Positions 14,051 to 27,378 of a DNA stretch of 64,000 nucleotides are shown in pieces; the stretch's first letter is position 1, and the number at the start of each line of letters is the position of its first letter. The translations under genes and the position numbers were made by a program. The notes beneath the pieces are model-generated. The model had not been told where the DNA came from. It was given only the letters and a program-made list of their open reading frames with translations, and ran no database searches. Location: NCBI GenBank assembly GCA_964016885.1, contig OZ024740.1:74772001-74836000 (forward strand), read 5' to 3'. Source of the stretch: Eledone cirrhosa. Lineage: Eukaryota.

Positions 14051-14760
14051 TCAAAATGAACTTCACAATGATGATGATAAATAAACACAATGAGTGGAGA
14101 CAGACTGGATCCATCCAACTCATACACGTATGGAAAAGCAGACATAAAATTATGACGACAATTATGTTGATGTTTCTTTCAGACATCATATTCACTCATA
14201 CTAGTTTCAGTCATTAGACTATGGAAATACTGGAGCACCTTCTTTTTATATAAATTGCATTTATAAGTATAAGATGTTTGTAAACTAAAATTTACCATTA
14301 GTAAAAAAATTTAAAAAAAGGAAGAAATTGACTTAGTTAGGAAGTTATATATGATAGCCATAAAAAAATATATAGTCATCTCATAAAATCTTTATTGTAC
14401 TTGAGAAAAACACAATTAAGTGAGGCAGACTCCTTGAATATCAGTGAAGTACTGTTGAATACTTCTAGTTGTGAGCTGATGCGAGAATTAACTGGATGAG
14501 AGCGACCTCGTCTTCTCCTTCTTTCTATCTATGTACATCTCTTTTGCTTGGCGTCCGCCCATACTCTATATAGAAGAGGGTGAAGTCATAACTTTCGGTC
14601 TATCTACCTCTTCTGTTACCTTGAAAAGACAAGTCGTTCCTTTTCTCTCTATATCTATGTACCTATCTCTCGCTTGGCTCTCCCTTTCTCTATGTAAAGT
14701 GAATGTGATGGACAGACGCGTGGAGTAACGGACAGTGCTCTTATTATAATATAGATTATT

Positions 14761-16395
14761 CTAAAGATGATGGAAGAACAATTGCTTCAGGAAAGGGCTA
14801 TCCTGATCTTGGGAATCGCTCAATTCCCGCAAATGCCGGAGAAAAGCGGTAGGGGTCCTGTCACCTAGTCGTTCGTCCTCGATCAATGACCGAAAACGAC
14901 TCTCTACCGACTTACAGTTCCTTCTCAAGATCTCGCCTTTTAAAGACTCATACGTTAAATCAGAGGGGGGGGGGTCTGTAATTAGGTCTTGGACCGAATC
15001 TGCTAGATTAGGGGGAAGTCCGCTAATCAAGACAGCGAGGCGCTGGTCAGACTCGGTCTTACAGACCGTAAAATACGCATGTAGCTGGGCGAACCACAGC
15101 TTAGGGTTTCCGGTAAAGGCGGGCAAATGTGGCGCATTCATTGTGAAACGTTTAAAATTAAAAAAAAATATATATATCTAAACAGCAATTAATGTTCCCT
15201 CGTACAGGGAAAAGCAAACACCCAAAATGGAAATAAAATGAAAGGTCAAAAAGAAACAGATATTCAAAACATTAGGAAATAGGAAAAATACATAAAATAC
15301 ATATATATATTTAAAAAAAGAAAAATTTTCCTTCAACGTCTGTCCCCTTGTGTTGCTTCAACGGGCAAGCCAAATCAAATAACGCGTGAAAAAGAGAAAA
15401 AAAAAAATGTTTGTCTTAGAATATATCCATGTTGGATATCAACAATAGGTAGCCTGTGACTAAAAATCCCTTAGAAAAAAAGTAAGGCATGTATATCCCC
15501 TGCGGGGCAGTAATGTTCACAAAAAATTTTTTTTCCCTTGATCAAATATGGAACACACACGCAATTCAAAATGTCCCTGTCCTGGCGGAAAATTACAAAA
15601 CGGGGAAGGAAAGCAACGCCATCTTGGAAACATTTTTTGGCTGGTTTGTATACCTTGTCAATACGGTATAAACACTTTATTATTTCTCTGTCTTTTTTTT
15701 GTATTTTCGTAAGTTGCGAAAAGGTTGGCAACGTGGTAATAACAGTGAAGTTCAACTGAATAAAAAGGCTGCGTAAAATTCTTACGTCGGTCACCAGTGT
15801 GGTAAAATGATGTATCCTAGTTGGATTGTTTATCGACATAGAGGTGAGGGAAGGTCCCTCGTCTATTTACCATTTTTGTAAGTGAGAATTATAACAAGTG
15901 AGTGAGTGTGTGCGTAAACAAGACAATAACCACAATGAGAGTTATATTCAACAAATGTAAATAATGGTGATGTTTATTTTGTTTATGTGTATTTATTATA
16001 TTACAAATGAAACATACCAAATATATACGTGATCCAGTTGTTGTGATGGGAGCGTATTACAATTACAAAGGTATTGTGGGGTTTGCTGTTTCCTTGGCTG
16101 TTTATCGTTTCGTGGTACAGAGGGTGTTTTCTGTGGCGTGTATCCCGTCTGCTTTCCCGTGGCTGTCTCTGTTTACCTCTCGGTGTTCTCAACCAGGGGG
16201 AGACAACTAGGCCTCTTCCATTATCCGCCAGGGGGCGTGAGGCGTCTTACTACACATTCACATACACTTACACAGACTCACACACAGCGTAGCAAATGGA
16301 ACGCCAGTCACTGTTTTGCTATAGTTTTTTCACCAGTCCCTTCCTTTCTTTTACACATACATATATTCACACAAACACACACACATTGTGTGACA
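14761..16395 (-). mobile_element. Truncated CsRn1/Kabuki-like Gypsy element: 5' LTR (~15798-16395), Trp PBS, gag (14761-15141)
   Basis: Gag motifs PAFTGNPKLWFAQL and LGDRTPTAFLRHLREL; minus-strand PBS TGGTGACCGACGT directly after LTR end TTACCACA. Confidence 0.8.
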
Positions 16396-16434
16396 GATGG
16401 AAATCACTCAAATTTATATATAGATTAAAGCACT

Positions 16435-16725
16435 TTAGTGTGTCACAACACAATAGTGTATCACATGTTGGTGTGTCACAACCCTGTAGTATGTCTCAAC
16501 ACTGTAGTGTATCACAACACTAGTGTGATACAACATTAGTGTGTGACAACACATTAGTGTGTCACAACACTGTAATATGTCACATCACTGTAGTGTGTCA
16601 CAATACTTTAATGTATTAATATGTCACAAATCTTTAATGTATCATAACACTTTAATAAGTCACAATACTTTAATGTATCATAGCACTTTAATATGTCACA
16701 ACACCTTAGTGTGTCACAATATACT
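16435..16725. repeat. ~17-19-bp minisatellite (GTGTCACAACACTGTAGT-like)
   Basis: Diverged tandem units visible. Confidence 0.8.
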
Positions 16726-16789
16726 AGGGACGTAACAACATTGTGTATGATTAAATATGTGACACAGGTATCTAATTGTTCATTAATTT

Positions 16790-18090
16790 CATGTCACTAA
16801 TGTATTGTGGCAAGAAACTACCACTTGTAGCAATAGCAGCAAAACCTTATAACTCTATCCTGCTCAACTGTATACATCCAGAAATCCAAAAGTTATTGGG
16901 AAAAAGTCAAAACGGCTTTCGAAGAGGACAATCAACTACTGGTCAAATCAATCATTTGCAGAATTATTGAGCATGTGAAAGCTAAAAATCTAAATGCTGT
17001 TCTTTTATTCAATGATTTCTCCAAAGCAGTTTGACTCAATTCATAGAGGTAAAATGGAAGGAATACTGCTAGCCTATAGTATACCAAATAAAACAGTAAA
17101 AACCATTATGATGGTCTACAAAAATACCTATTCAATGGTACGATTTCCAGATGGGGATAAAAAATTTTTTGAAATTGTAGCAGGAGTGCTACAAGGTGAC
17201 ACCTTAACATTCTATATCTTCATCATTTGCTTGGATTACGTTCGCAGAACTTCTGTCAATACCATTAAAGACGATACATTCACACTACATCCACGAAGGA
17301 GTAATAGATATCATGCCACAAAAATCACAAATGCAGATTATGCTGATGTTTTAGTGTTACTCTCTGATCTAATAAGCCAACCAGAAACTCTTCTCCATAG
17401 TCTTGAACATTCAGCCAAAGGTACTGGTCTCCATGTTAACTCAGACAAAACAGAACACATTGGCTTAGATCAAAATGGAAAAATCAAAACAGTATTGGGC
17501 ACACCTCTAAACTGTGTAGAAGAATTTACTTATCTGCGTAGTAAAATCATTAGTTGTGAAAGTGATGTAAACACACATTGGTAAGGCCTGGGGTGCCATC
17601 AACAAGTTATATCTAGCGTGAAAATATAGACTTCTAGACAACATGAAAAGAAACCTCTTTCAAGCAACTGTTACTTATGTTCTATTGTATGGCTGCTCAG
17701 CATGGGCCCTCATCGCAAAACTGGAAAGATTAGATGGAGCCTACCTACACTCACAAACTAAGAGTGGTTTTGAATGTCACTTGGAGAGATTGTCTGACCA
17801 ATGAGCGATTGTATGGGAACCTTCGTCCAGTATTAGACATAATCAAAGAGTGTCAAGTCAGATTCACAGGATATTGCTGAAGAGCTAAAGATGAAATTGT
17901 TAGTGACGTTCTCTTGTGGGCACCTATACAAGGAAGAGCTAGCAGAGGACAAGCTAAGATATATATTGAGCAGATTTGTGACAACATAAACTGCAATCCT
18001 TCTGATCTGCTGAATATAATGACCAATAGAATTAGATGGCGACAAAGGGTCATGGGAATCTGTGCAAGCAGTGTGACCTATTGATGTCAC
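16790..18090 (+). mobile_element. Degenerate RTE-like LINE RT and 3' end
   Basis: QNGFRRGQSTTGQI, FDSIHRGKM, GVLQGDTL, DYADVLVLL, FTYL motifs. Confidence 0.85.
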
Positions 18091-21000
18091 TAACAAAAGT
18101 TTTGAAATTATGTCACCAATGTGAAAAGGTTGGAAAACTCTGTTCTAAACAATAATTGATAGCGTATACTCAAAATAATTTTGATTTTGTTTAGTCTTAA
18201 TCCTTTGTTCATAAGCTAATATTTTTGTCATGAAAAAGATTTGGTTGGAGGTAATTATAAACATTAAACAAAAATTGTAGTAGATACAAAGCTTATGCCA
18301 TTGACTCCAACAATTAGTATTGCTTTTCATATCACTCCAGTAATTCCATAGTATAGCTAATTAAATTTCATTGCAGCCTCATTCTAGAATAATACAAATG
18401 GGATGTATATGCTGAATAAAGATGAATTGAAATTAGATTCCATACAGGGATCTACAATGGTCAGGTGACTCATACGCTTTCTTTTGGCTTGGTTTCTACA
18501 GCTGGATCCTCATCCTAATGCAAACCCCTTTACAGCATGTACTGGGAGCATTTGATCATGACTCTGGCACTACCACCTTACAGGGTGGACTGGATGCTTT
18601 TCATTGTGGTACCAATGCTGCTACCTCTCAGGGCGGCACCAGCACTATCTCAGGAGAAAGGTGGGGGTTAGGGCTGAGGTACATACATCGCACTGCTGAA
18701 GAGAGTAGAGATCATAATGGTGGCCTTGAAGCAAGTGGATGGTGTCTGACATCTTGTTGCAGTGTGCCTGGTTTCCCTTTACGGCCTAATAGGAGTGATT
18801 ATATATTGCTTGGAGTAAGTGGGTGTCTCTTATTTTTGGGTGTACTAGGTTTTCCTGGGTTGGGAATGTGTTAGGGGTGCAAGGGTTTAACAGGGAAGGA
18901 GAATCAGTGAAGCTTCATAGCATAAATGAACCGAGAGAGAACCTTGATATAAGAGGAATTGGATGTAGTGTGCAATACAGAAGACTGTGTTGATATGGAC
19001 ATGTGGTGTGTATGTATGATAACAGTTGTCTAAAGTGGAGAGAAATCTTAGTGGAAGGGACTCATGGAAGAGGCAAACTTGGGAAGACACAGAATGAGGT
19101 AGTGAAGACTAACTTTAAGAATTTGAAACTCATATGGGCGGTCAAGAAGATTGACACATGCTGTACTGGTGAAGACCTACCTACCATCATAAAATGGGAC
19201 CTGACATTTATGTGTCCCACTTTTCCACTACCATTCCTCAGTAGTTATTCTCATTCATACTTTCCCTCCATTACTGTACACTCCCATACCTACTTCATTC
19301 AGAAATGCCTCCAATCTCTTTAAATCCTAACACCCACACTCTACCCAGGATCACCTCCAACCCTAAAATCGTAGCACACCTGCTATATCCCCTCCTTCAG
19401 TAACTGTTATTACCAAAGGACCTACCACACTACCAAAGGTCACCTCATCCCCTTACACACAACCTTGTAAAATTTCACCACTCCATCACACTTGTCATAC
19501 ACTCATATCATATCATTTTACTTAAATTTCTCCCCCCACCCCGTAGGGTAGGGAGGTCTTTTCAATAAACACAGTACACTTTGTAAGGCAATTGGTGATA
19601 AGAAGGGCATCCTGCTGTAGAGACGGTGCCAAAAAGTGTCGAGAGAACTCTTCAGTCGTGTCAGACATAACTCCCTAGTGTTATTGATCTACACAATAAA
19701 TGCACCTAGTACACTATGTAAAGTAGTTGGTGATAGGAAGGATATCCGGGTGTAGAAAATCTGTTAAACAAAAGGTTGGGACAACTCTGCAGCTGTGTTA
19801 AATTCATGATAACGTCCTTGCTACAAAATGTACTTGGCAGTGCATCGAATTGTGAGATGCAAGCCCTCGGCCCGAGAGATAAGTAGCTCTGTTTGAGTAC
19901 TGACAGCCAGCGATGACTTGTCCAACCTTTGCTAGTTTATCATATTTACTTATTGATATGAAGTAGTGATAACATAAACCTTTTAAAATTCAGATCACAT
20001 ATAAGTTAAGACTATAAAAGTTTAACTTCAGTGGTTTATTACTTAACTGAAGAGTTGTCTTTCATTAGTTTTGCTTCAGCCTTGTTTAACCAAACATTAC
20101 ATCATTAAAAGCTCCAAGTTGTTATCACGTGGTTCCTAAGAGAGTATTTGGTATTCAGCAAATCTACACGTACCATCAGACAGGTAAATGCTATTTCCAA
20201 ATTATGATTATAAATAGAGAGAGAGAATGTGGATAGTGCAAAAAGCTTACGTCAGTGCATTTTTAAGGACCCGTCGGATCTTTACGTTTCCCCACATCGT
20301 CCCCCTCTCTCTATATATATCTCAAACATGACATCTATAACTTTGAATGTAATATATAATGTGTATATATAAATTGATAGCTAGATACACACACACACAT
20401 ATATATGCAGTTTTACACTAAAGTCACTATATACATGAGTGTGTTCATCGTATGATTTATTTGTGTTGTAGTAGTCGTTATTATTTCCTTAACATCTAGT
20501 ATGCTTCATGGCAATATTAAATCGATCTTTGTGCTTGACTGAATGAAAAATTGTTAAAACATTTGTATTAGAATTAGTACGTGTACATAAAAATGCCTTT
20601 CTCCCGCTAACTGTTAAAAGGATTTAACCAAACAATTATTATCGTATAAACAAGCATAGCTATTTAGCAATTTTGATTTAGATAGACGTCCAGACTTGAA
20701 ATGTATCGTGAACATTTTCCAGAAAATATTGAGAAAGAAAAATATGGCATTAGTAATCGTTTTTATGTTGCAACATTCAAACAGGTCAAAAAGATCATAG
20801 TACAAGGACGAAAGAGGGTCGCATTCAATTCATTAAAAAATCCATACCATATTTTAAGCAAATGTTTTACTATATTTTAGAGATGCTTTTTTTTTTTTGT
20901 AGTAGTTTTGTTTAACCTCAGTTTCAGCCCGGTGGAGTAAACCTATAAATGAATTTTAGCTAATATTTCCTTTCTTTAACGACGAAATAGCTAACATATC

Positions 21001-21589
21001 ACAGTTAGCGATAAAATTATGACACATCGTTTAAATCCTTTACTAAAATTTAAAAAGCTCGCCAGAACATTTAAAGTAATCTCCCGCCTCATTTAAGATA
21101 TTCTTTCCCAAATTAAATTTCGCGCTTTCAGTTACGCAATAGCCATTGGCTACACCAAGGTCATGCAATGAATACTTTAGTGATGCAGAATAAATTTATG
21201 TAACAAGACCAAAAGCTATTGAAAACGATTTATTGATTCAAAAGGAATGGTATGAATAAATTTCTGTGTAGTTTAGTGATCTATACCTAATTTTCTTTTC
21301 TCATTCGTTTCTTAATACATATTTAAAAAAGAACTCTTGTAGATATATTTTCGAAGGCGTAGCATAAAATAGCATTAAAATGTAACCCTCCCGCTCAAAT
21401 TTTTTTCTTTCACAATTAATATTTGTGTAAATGATATTGCGATCCTATGGAAAATCTGAATATTATTCATTATGAACATAAAATTGAATGAGGAAACAAT
21501 TCCAGTATTTATTTTTAGCATTCCTTTAACACAAATTTAAAGTAAAAAAATGTAATCTAATTTAAATAAAAGATCAACATAATATAATG

Positions 21590-21865
21590 TGCAAAATTTC
21601 ATGAAAGAAAAATAAATTAGGAAAGAAAGTCGAGGTGTGGAACTAAACTGAAGAAATGTCGCTCTGTTCCTTTGGTAGATCAAGAGTTAATTATATATTT
21701 GATATTTTATCTGCTGTAAGATATCAAAACAATCGTTATGGTTGAATTAATCCTTTTGAAAAACTGTATATTTTTTTCTGTAATCTTATGAAAAGTATTC
21801 AAAATAATAATAATTAGAGAAGAAAATAAGCGATTGCCTCAATTATGAAACGATGTACTTAAGAA
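21590..21865 (+). repeat. Dispersed repeat also found upstream of both FOLR copies
   Basis: Diverged match to 28860-29035, 46055-46230 and 45405-45460. Confidence 0.65.
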
Positions 21866-23166
21866 TTTTTTTTTTTACATTCATCAGACTAACACTTCTT
21901 TTATGTCGTTGTCAACCGGAGAGTTATATACCAAGGGTAACTATTCAGGATTTGCTTACTTTCTTTTAACTCGGAAATCAGAAAGTCACCCCAGGTAGAG
22001 CCCCTACTTCTCCGAATTGAGAGCTTACAGCTCCGATATTATGGGCATGTGGTTAGAATGTCTCAGGAAAGAATCGCTTGACAGATTTTACAAACAAAAA
22101 CAACTGGCAGGAGACCCAGCGGTAGGCCTCAAGCAAGATGGTTGGATAACATCCATGAGCTTAGCTGGTCCCAACCGGATCAATTGGAGACGGTTGCTTC
22201 TGACAGGATTTGCTGGAAGGAGTGTTTGAGGACTGCCCACACGACCCTCTCAGGAAGAAGTGGGCGAAGAAGAAGAAAAGTTACTTATCTTACATCAACA
22301 TTACATGTTGACATACGCTTCATCACCTTAACAGTTGAGAATCGCAATCTGACGAAGCACGGTTTGCTCCACGGTAGGTTTTTTTGTCGAACATTTGGCG
22401 CACTCCCCTCCCCAAACTCTTCCCTCTTATTATAAAGCCCAGTGATGCTATTTCACCGTATCTCCCAGGTATCGTGATGCTGCTTGTTTGGGGGTTCTTG
22501 CAATTGTGAAAACGATGATTGAGGAACTTGTAAAAAATGTAAAAATATGTAAAAAATGTAAAAATATAGCAATAGTAATGTAAGTAAGGATATATTGTGA
22601 AAGAAGTAGAAGATTGGATGAATAAGTTAGATGAGCATGAAAGGGAGAAAAAATAATGAATTGAGGATGAATAATCTAACGTCAAAAAAAATGTTTATGT
22701 TTACGAAGGATTTTTTCAAGGTGATATAAAGTAAGAATATATTGTACTGTGTAATAATTGTTTCTATGTTAGGCACAATGAGAAAAGGTACAGATTAGGG
22801 GTTAGAAATTAAAAGAAAAAGAAAAGAAAAGGAAGAAAGGGAAGTGATAGAATGAGTAACTAGTATTATATAATGTATAATAAATAACTTTGAAATAAGG
22901 TAGAAAGATGGGTATATTTTAAAAGAAATATATATGTATATATATATGTGCCTTTGAGAAAAGGATTTTAATTGATAAAGTATTAGATATTAGCTGTATA
23001 CTTTATGGAATGTTCTGTGGAATTTATGCAAGCAGAGAGAAAAAAAAAAAAAAATATATATATACGTCAATACTCATCTTTTTCCATTTATCTGAGGGTT
23101 CTAAACCCCATTATCAGACTAAAATTTCTTTAGTAAAAAAAATACGGTGAAAGCTATTCTATTTTC

Positions 23167-23257
<91 letters not shown>

Positions 23258-23371
23258 GATAGATAGATAGGCCGATTAACTCACTCGATATGCAAATTAG
23301 GCTGCTCAGCCGTTAATATGCATAAGGAAAGTATATACTTTCAGACGTTCAACCATCTGGCAGGAAGGTAT

Positions 23372-23414
23372 ACGTTGCTGATGATCGTTAATAAGCTTGA
23401 AACTAGTACAGCAT
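23372..23414 (+). ncRNA. Minimal hammerhead ribozyme, degenerate copy
   Basis: CTGATGA...GAAACTAGTA core intact; stems I and II carry mismatches. Confidence 0.55.
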
Positions 23415-23617
23415 TCCTTTGTCAGTGTTGAACAAATGAGCAACGATGGTTGCTAGACACTGTACGGCTTAATTCGGGATGTTTGTTTACAAACACACCG
23501 AGCATTATAATAAATGTTCGGTGAATCCATATGTACATATATATATATATGTGCATGTATGTATATATATACATACTATTGTACGTCTGTATACATATAT
23601 GTATGTACGTATACATA

Positions 23618-23742
<125 letters not shown>

Positions 23743-23810
23743 ATGTTTATATATATAAATGAAAGGATTACAAAGGAGAATATATACTGTCAGAACATGT
23801 TTATATAAAA

Positions 23811-23851
23811 GCACCTACGTACGTTTCGCCCGAAAAGGGCTTCTCAAGGGC
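23811..23851 (-). ncRNA. Minimal hammerhead ribozyme, U3-A8 core variant, in inverted Penelope pLTR
   Basis: Minus strand reads GCCC-TTGAGAA-GCCC TTTTC GGGC-GAAA-CGTACG-TA-GGTGC. Confidence 0.7.
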
Positions 23852-24030
23852 ATAGAAAACTACAGAGTGTTCAGTACAGGACCCAGAAGGGGTTTTAAAG
23901 TGATACATACATCAAAGTTCATTCTTAGTTCAGACATACGCGTTGTTACTGACACAGGGCAAGGGGAGTAACTCTGGCCGGTGTTTGAATAATTGTCCCC
24001 CAAAACAGTCAATAACTATTGTATAGAGAA

Positions 24031-25498
24031 CTAGCATTAAAGCCCGGCGTTGCTCGGGGTCATTAAGTTACCAAAGTTAGGTTGCAGCACTTTTTTGTCT
24101 GCCAGGCACTGGGTGAATGAATTGCAGACCTGGAAGCATGAGCTGCGCCAGCAGTGACAATTGTAGTTTCGCCTATGGATATTATCTCTGTGCAAAAAAG
24201 TGTTGAAATTTATTGTTTCACAGTACTTGCGCAACACGCGAGTAGACGATGCCAGCCGAACAACAGAGCTGCGATGGAGTTGTTCTGCATGGTTGTCTGT
24301 GTGTTTTCTAAATTTAAGACAGTAGGGAGGGTTGTGATATGAGGGAGAGTTAGCTGTTGTTTCTAGCAGGTTTAGTGACCTCATAGAGGATATGTGCTTT
24401 CTAAATTTAAGACAGTAGGGAGTGGTGTGATATGAGGGAGAGTTAGCTGCTGTTTCTAGCAGGTTTAGTGACCTCATAGAGGATATGTGTTTTCTAAATT
24501 TAAGACAGTAGGGAGTGGTGTGATATGAGGGAGAGTTAGCTGCTGTTTCTAGCAGGTTTAGTGACCTCATAGAAGATATGTTTTCTAAATTTAAGACAGT
24601 AGAGAGGGGTGTGATATGGGGGAGAGTTAGCTGCTGTTTCTAGCAGGCTTAGTGACCTCATAGAGGATATGTTTTCTAAATTTAAGACAGTAGGGAGGGG
24701 TGTGATATGAGGGAGAGTTAGCTGCTGTTTCTAGCAGGTTTAGTGACCTCATAGAAGATATGTTTTCTAAATTTAAGACAGTAGGGAGGGGTATGATATG
24801 GGGGAGAGTTAGCTGCTGTTTCTAGCAGGTTTAGTAACCTCATAGAGGATATGTGTTTTCTAAATTTAAGACAGTAGGGAGTGGTGTGATATGAGGGAGA
24901 GTTAGCTGCTGTTTCTAGCAGGTTTAGTAACCTCATAGAGGATATGTGTTTTCTAAATTTAAGACAGTAGGGAGTGGTGTGATACGAGGGAGAGTTAGCT
25001 GCTGTTTCTAGCAGGTTTAGTGACCTCATAGAGGATATTATTGTTTATCATCTATATATATAAAACTGACTGCACGCCTAACGAAATTTACAGATACATA
25101 TATTTTAAATAAACTTATATAATTTTTGCTTTTTTTTACGAAATATTTGCTTGTTTTACGTAGTCTTTAAATAGACTTGTTTTCAAGTAAAAATTATTGT
25201 GTTAATGTCATTTTAAACGCTGAGAAAGCCAGCGTAATTTTTTTAATTTTTGCACGCAGACGCTCAATGTAAACAGAACAAAGGGAAATAACTGATCACT
25301 TACGCTCAAAAATCGATACATTATATTCGATTTCGTCAGATAGGGCGGGTCAATTTGAAATTTTTTTTTCCCGATGTCTTCGCTAGGGCTCAATGTACAA
25401 GTATAGCAATTTCGGTGCAATTCCGTGAGAGATTCTAAGAGGAGATGTGTGCCAAAAATCGATAGACAGACAGACAACCACAGTTTTATATATATAGA
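24031..25498 (-). mobile_element. Non-autonomous Helitron
   Basis: 5' TCTATATATATAAAACTG, 3' hairpin CCCGAGCAACGCCGGG plus CTAG, inserted at A|T without TSD; exact empty site AGAA|TGGCAC at 58854/58855. Confidence 0.92.
24299..25037. repeat. 91-93-bp minisatellite, 8 copies, inside the Helitron
   Basis: Unit TGTGTTTTCTAAATTTAAGACAGTAGGG...GACCTCATAGAGGATA. Confidence 0.92.
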
Positions 25499-26219
25499 TG
25501 GCACTAGGTAACACGGCCGTACCGTTAACTACATGAGTGGTGGTGTAGAAGACCTACCGCATAATAAGGGTCACGGCACAGGAAACGTTAGCTGCTGTAG
25601 ACTACTAGAATTATTCCCTTACTATAGATTAACAATAGCGATGGCCTATTACCTACACCCTCCAACCAGCGTTTAGCTACAGGCAAACGTAATGGAAGGA
25701 AGGCAAGTGCACCTGAGCATAAAGCGAAGGGGACGCGTAATAAGCTGCAGCACAGTAGCAACAATAATAACGGTTACCTAGCCAACACGACCCGTAGCAA
25801 GCCCACAGTTACACGTAACCGCCACCGTAATGTCCTATGGTTCCATCCTCCCTACTCTTGGAGTGTGGCTCCGACTTACCCAGGATATTCTTCGAAGCCT
25901 TAGAGAAGAATTTCCCACCCAACCATAAATACAGGAAAAACCTCAATAAGAACAATATTAAAATATCCTTCTCCACTACACCTAATCTAGCAGACATCAT
26001 AGAGATGACTAATTACAGTAAGATCACCAAAACACGGCACCTTAGCACCGATACGTCTAGATTTTACAGCAACCCTAATAGCCTTAACGTTTTCCTTGCA
26101 GCGCCCAATAGTGTTGGCGGTATCCCCAACAGAAGCAACCGACATAACTGTGACGAGACTGGGGAGCATGCTGGTGACCTGTACGGGTCACGCGGCAGGA
26201 CCAGAAGGCGCTGCGGCGT
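25499..26219 (+). mobile_element. Penelope-like element fragment truncated at the duplication junction
   Basis: RNVLWFHPP and FPPNHKYRKNLNKNNIKISFSTTPN motifs; nearly identical to 58855-59575. Confidence 0.85.
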
Positions 26220-26541
26220 ACTAATGAAGCTAAACACCAGAAGCAATGTTATGCGGTATATTGCAGCATTTCAGATGACGTCCTTTGGAGCAGAACAAGA
26301 TCGTACTGACTATGGTTATTTTATATTTAAAATCCAAGGCCAATGCTACCATTTAATCGGCAGTTTACTCCCCCAGCCTCATAAGGAAGTTTTATGATTG
26401 TTTTATGTCTCTCTCTTACACACACACACACACACATTACGTTCTCACATCATACAAGGCAACACATCCAATACAGTCGTTTTCTTTTTTATCCATTTTC
26501 TCTTAACTATTCTCCCGAGCAAAGCCGGGTACTTTAGCTAG
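26220..26541 (+). mobile_element. Helitron remnant (RepHel fragment plus 3' terminus)
   Basis: AAFQMTSFGA...FKIQGQCYHLIGSLLP motif, C-terminal KEVL-stop, hairpin CCCGAGCAAAGCCGGG and CTAG|T. Confidence 0.85.
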
Positions 26542-26808
26542 TGAATGTATCAAATTTATTAGTTCAAGATGATAACAGTTGCTAAATTTAGTTCTCTACA
26601 TACGTTTATGCAACTCCTGTTTGTTAAAGAATCACTTTTTTGTAAAGTAACTGTAACGTTCAACCCATCCCGCTTTGAGAAAGCGGATGCAAAAACGATT
26701 ATGATGATATATACGTCTATATATGCAGTCGTTGACCCTACTACGACTTCTCAACTTTGCTGCAGCGCACTCGCAGCGTTGCTTCGGGTGATGGCGAGGC
26801 GGATGCGC

Positions 26809-27378
26809 TGAAAGGCAAAGTTAACTTTGGTGGGATTTGAACTCAGACCATAAAGGGCCGTAACTCAAAGCATGGCGTCTGACGCTCTACCGATACTGCC
26901 AATTATAAATAATTGTTTCTACGTTAGGCACAAGGCCAGCAATTACCCAGTGCATTACTGGTACTTTATTTTATCGACCCCGTAAGGATGAAAGGCAAAG
27001 TTAACCTTGGCGGGATTTGAACTCAGAATGGCAAGGCCGTAACTCTATACGTCAAAGTATGGCGTCCGACCCTCTACCAATACTGCCAATCCACCAAATA
27101 ATATAATATATACGTATAGATAAATATATATTTTTATTTTACTATATTTATATATATGTATCATTTGATATTTAATATACTATTATATCATCTATTATAT
27201 ATCTATCATGGGCGGTGGATCAGCAGAGGGTCGGACGCCATGCTTGCAGCATAGAGTTACGGCCCTTTATGATCTGAGTTCAAATCCCGCCGAGGTTAAT
27301 TTTGCCTTTCATCCTTACGGGGACGATAAAATAAAGCACCAGTAATGCTGGCCTTGTGCCAAAAGTAGAAACAATTAT
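26809..27378. mobile_element. SINE cluster: two minus-strand copies and one plus-strand copy (27210-27378)
   Basis: Same family as 11770-11956; repeated at ~43763-44332. Confidence 0.8.

Noticed and set aside
21590-21865. Remnant of the lost FOLR copy's upstream region
   Set aside because: Much more diverged than the array copies are from each other; better explained as an independent dispersed repeat.
22171-22188. 18-bp match CCAACCGGATCAATTGGA shared with ~35840
   Set aside because: The flanks are unrelated; plausibly chance.
24299-25037. CRISPR-like regular repeats and repetitive ORFs (MRSLNLLETAANSP...)
   Set aside because: No unique spacers and no cas genes in a eukaryotic context; it is a minisatellite in a Helitron, and mixed 91/93-bp units break the frame.
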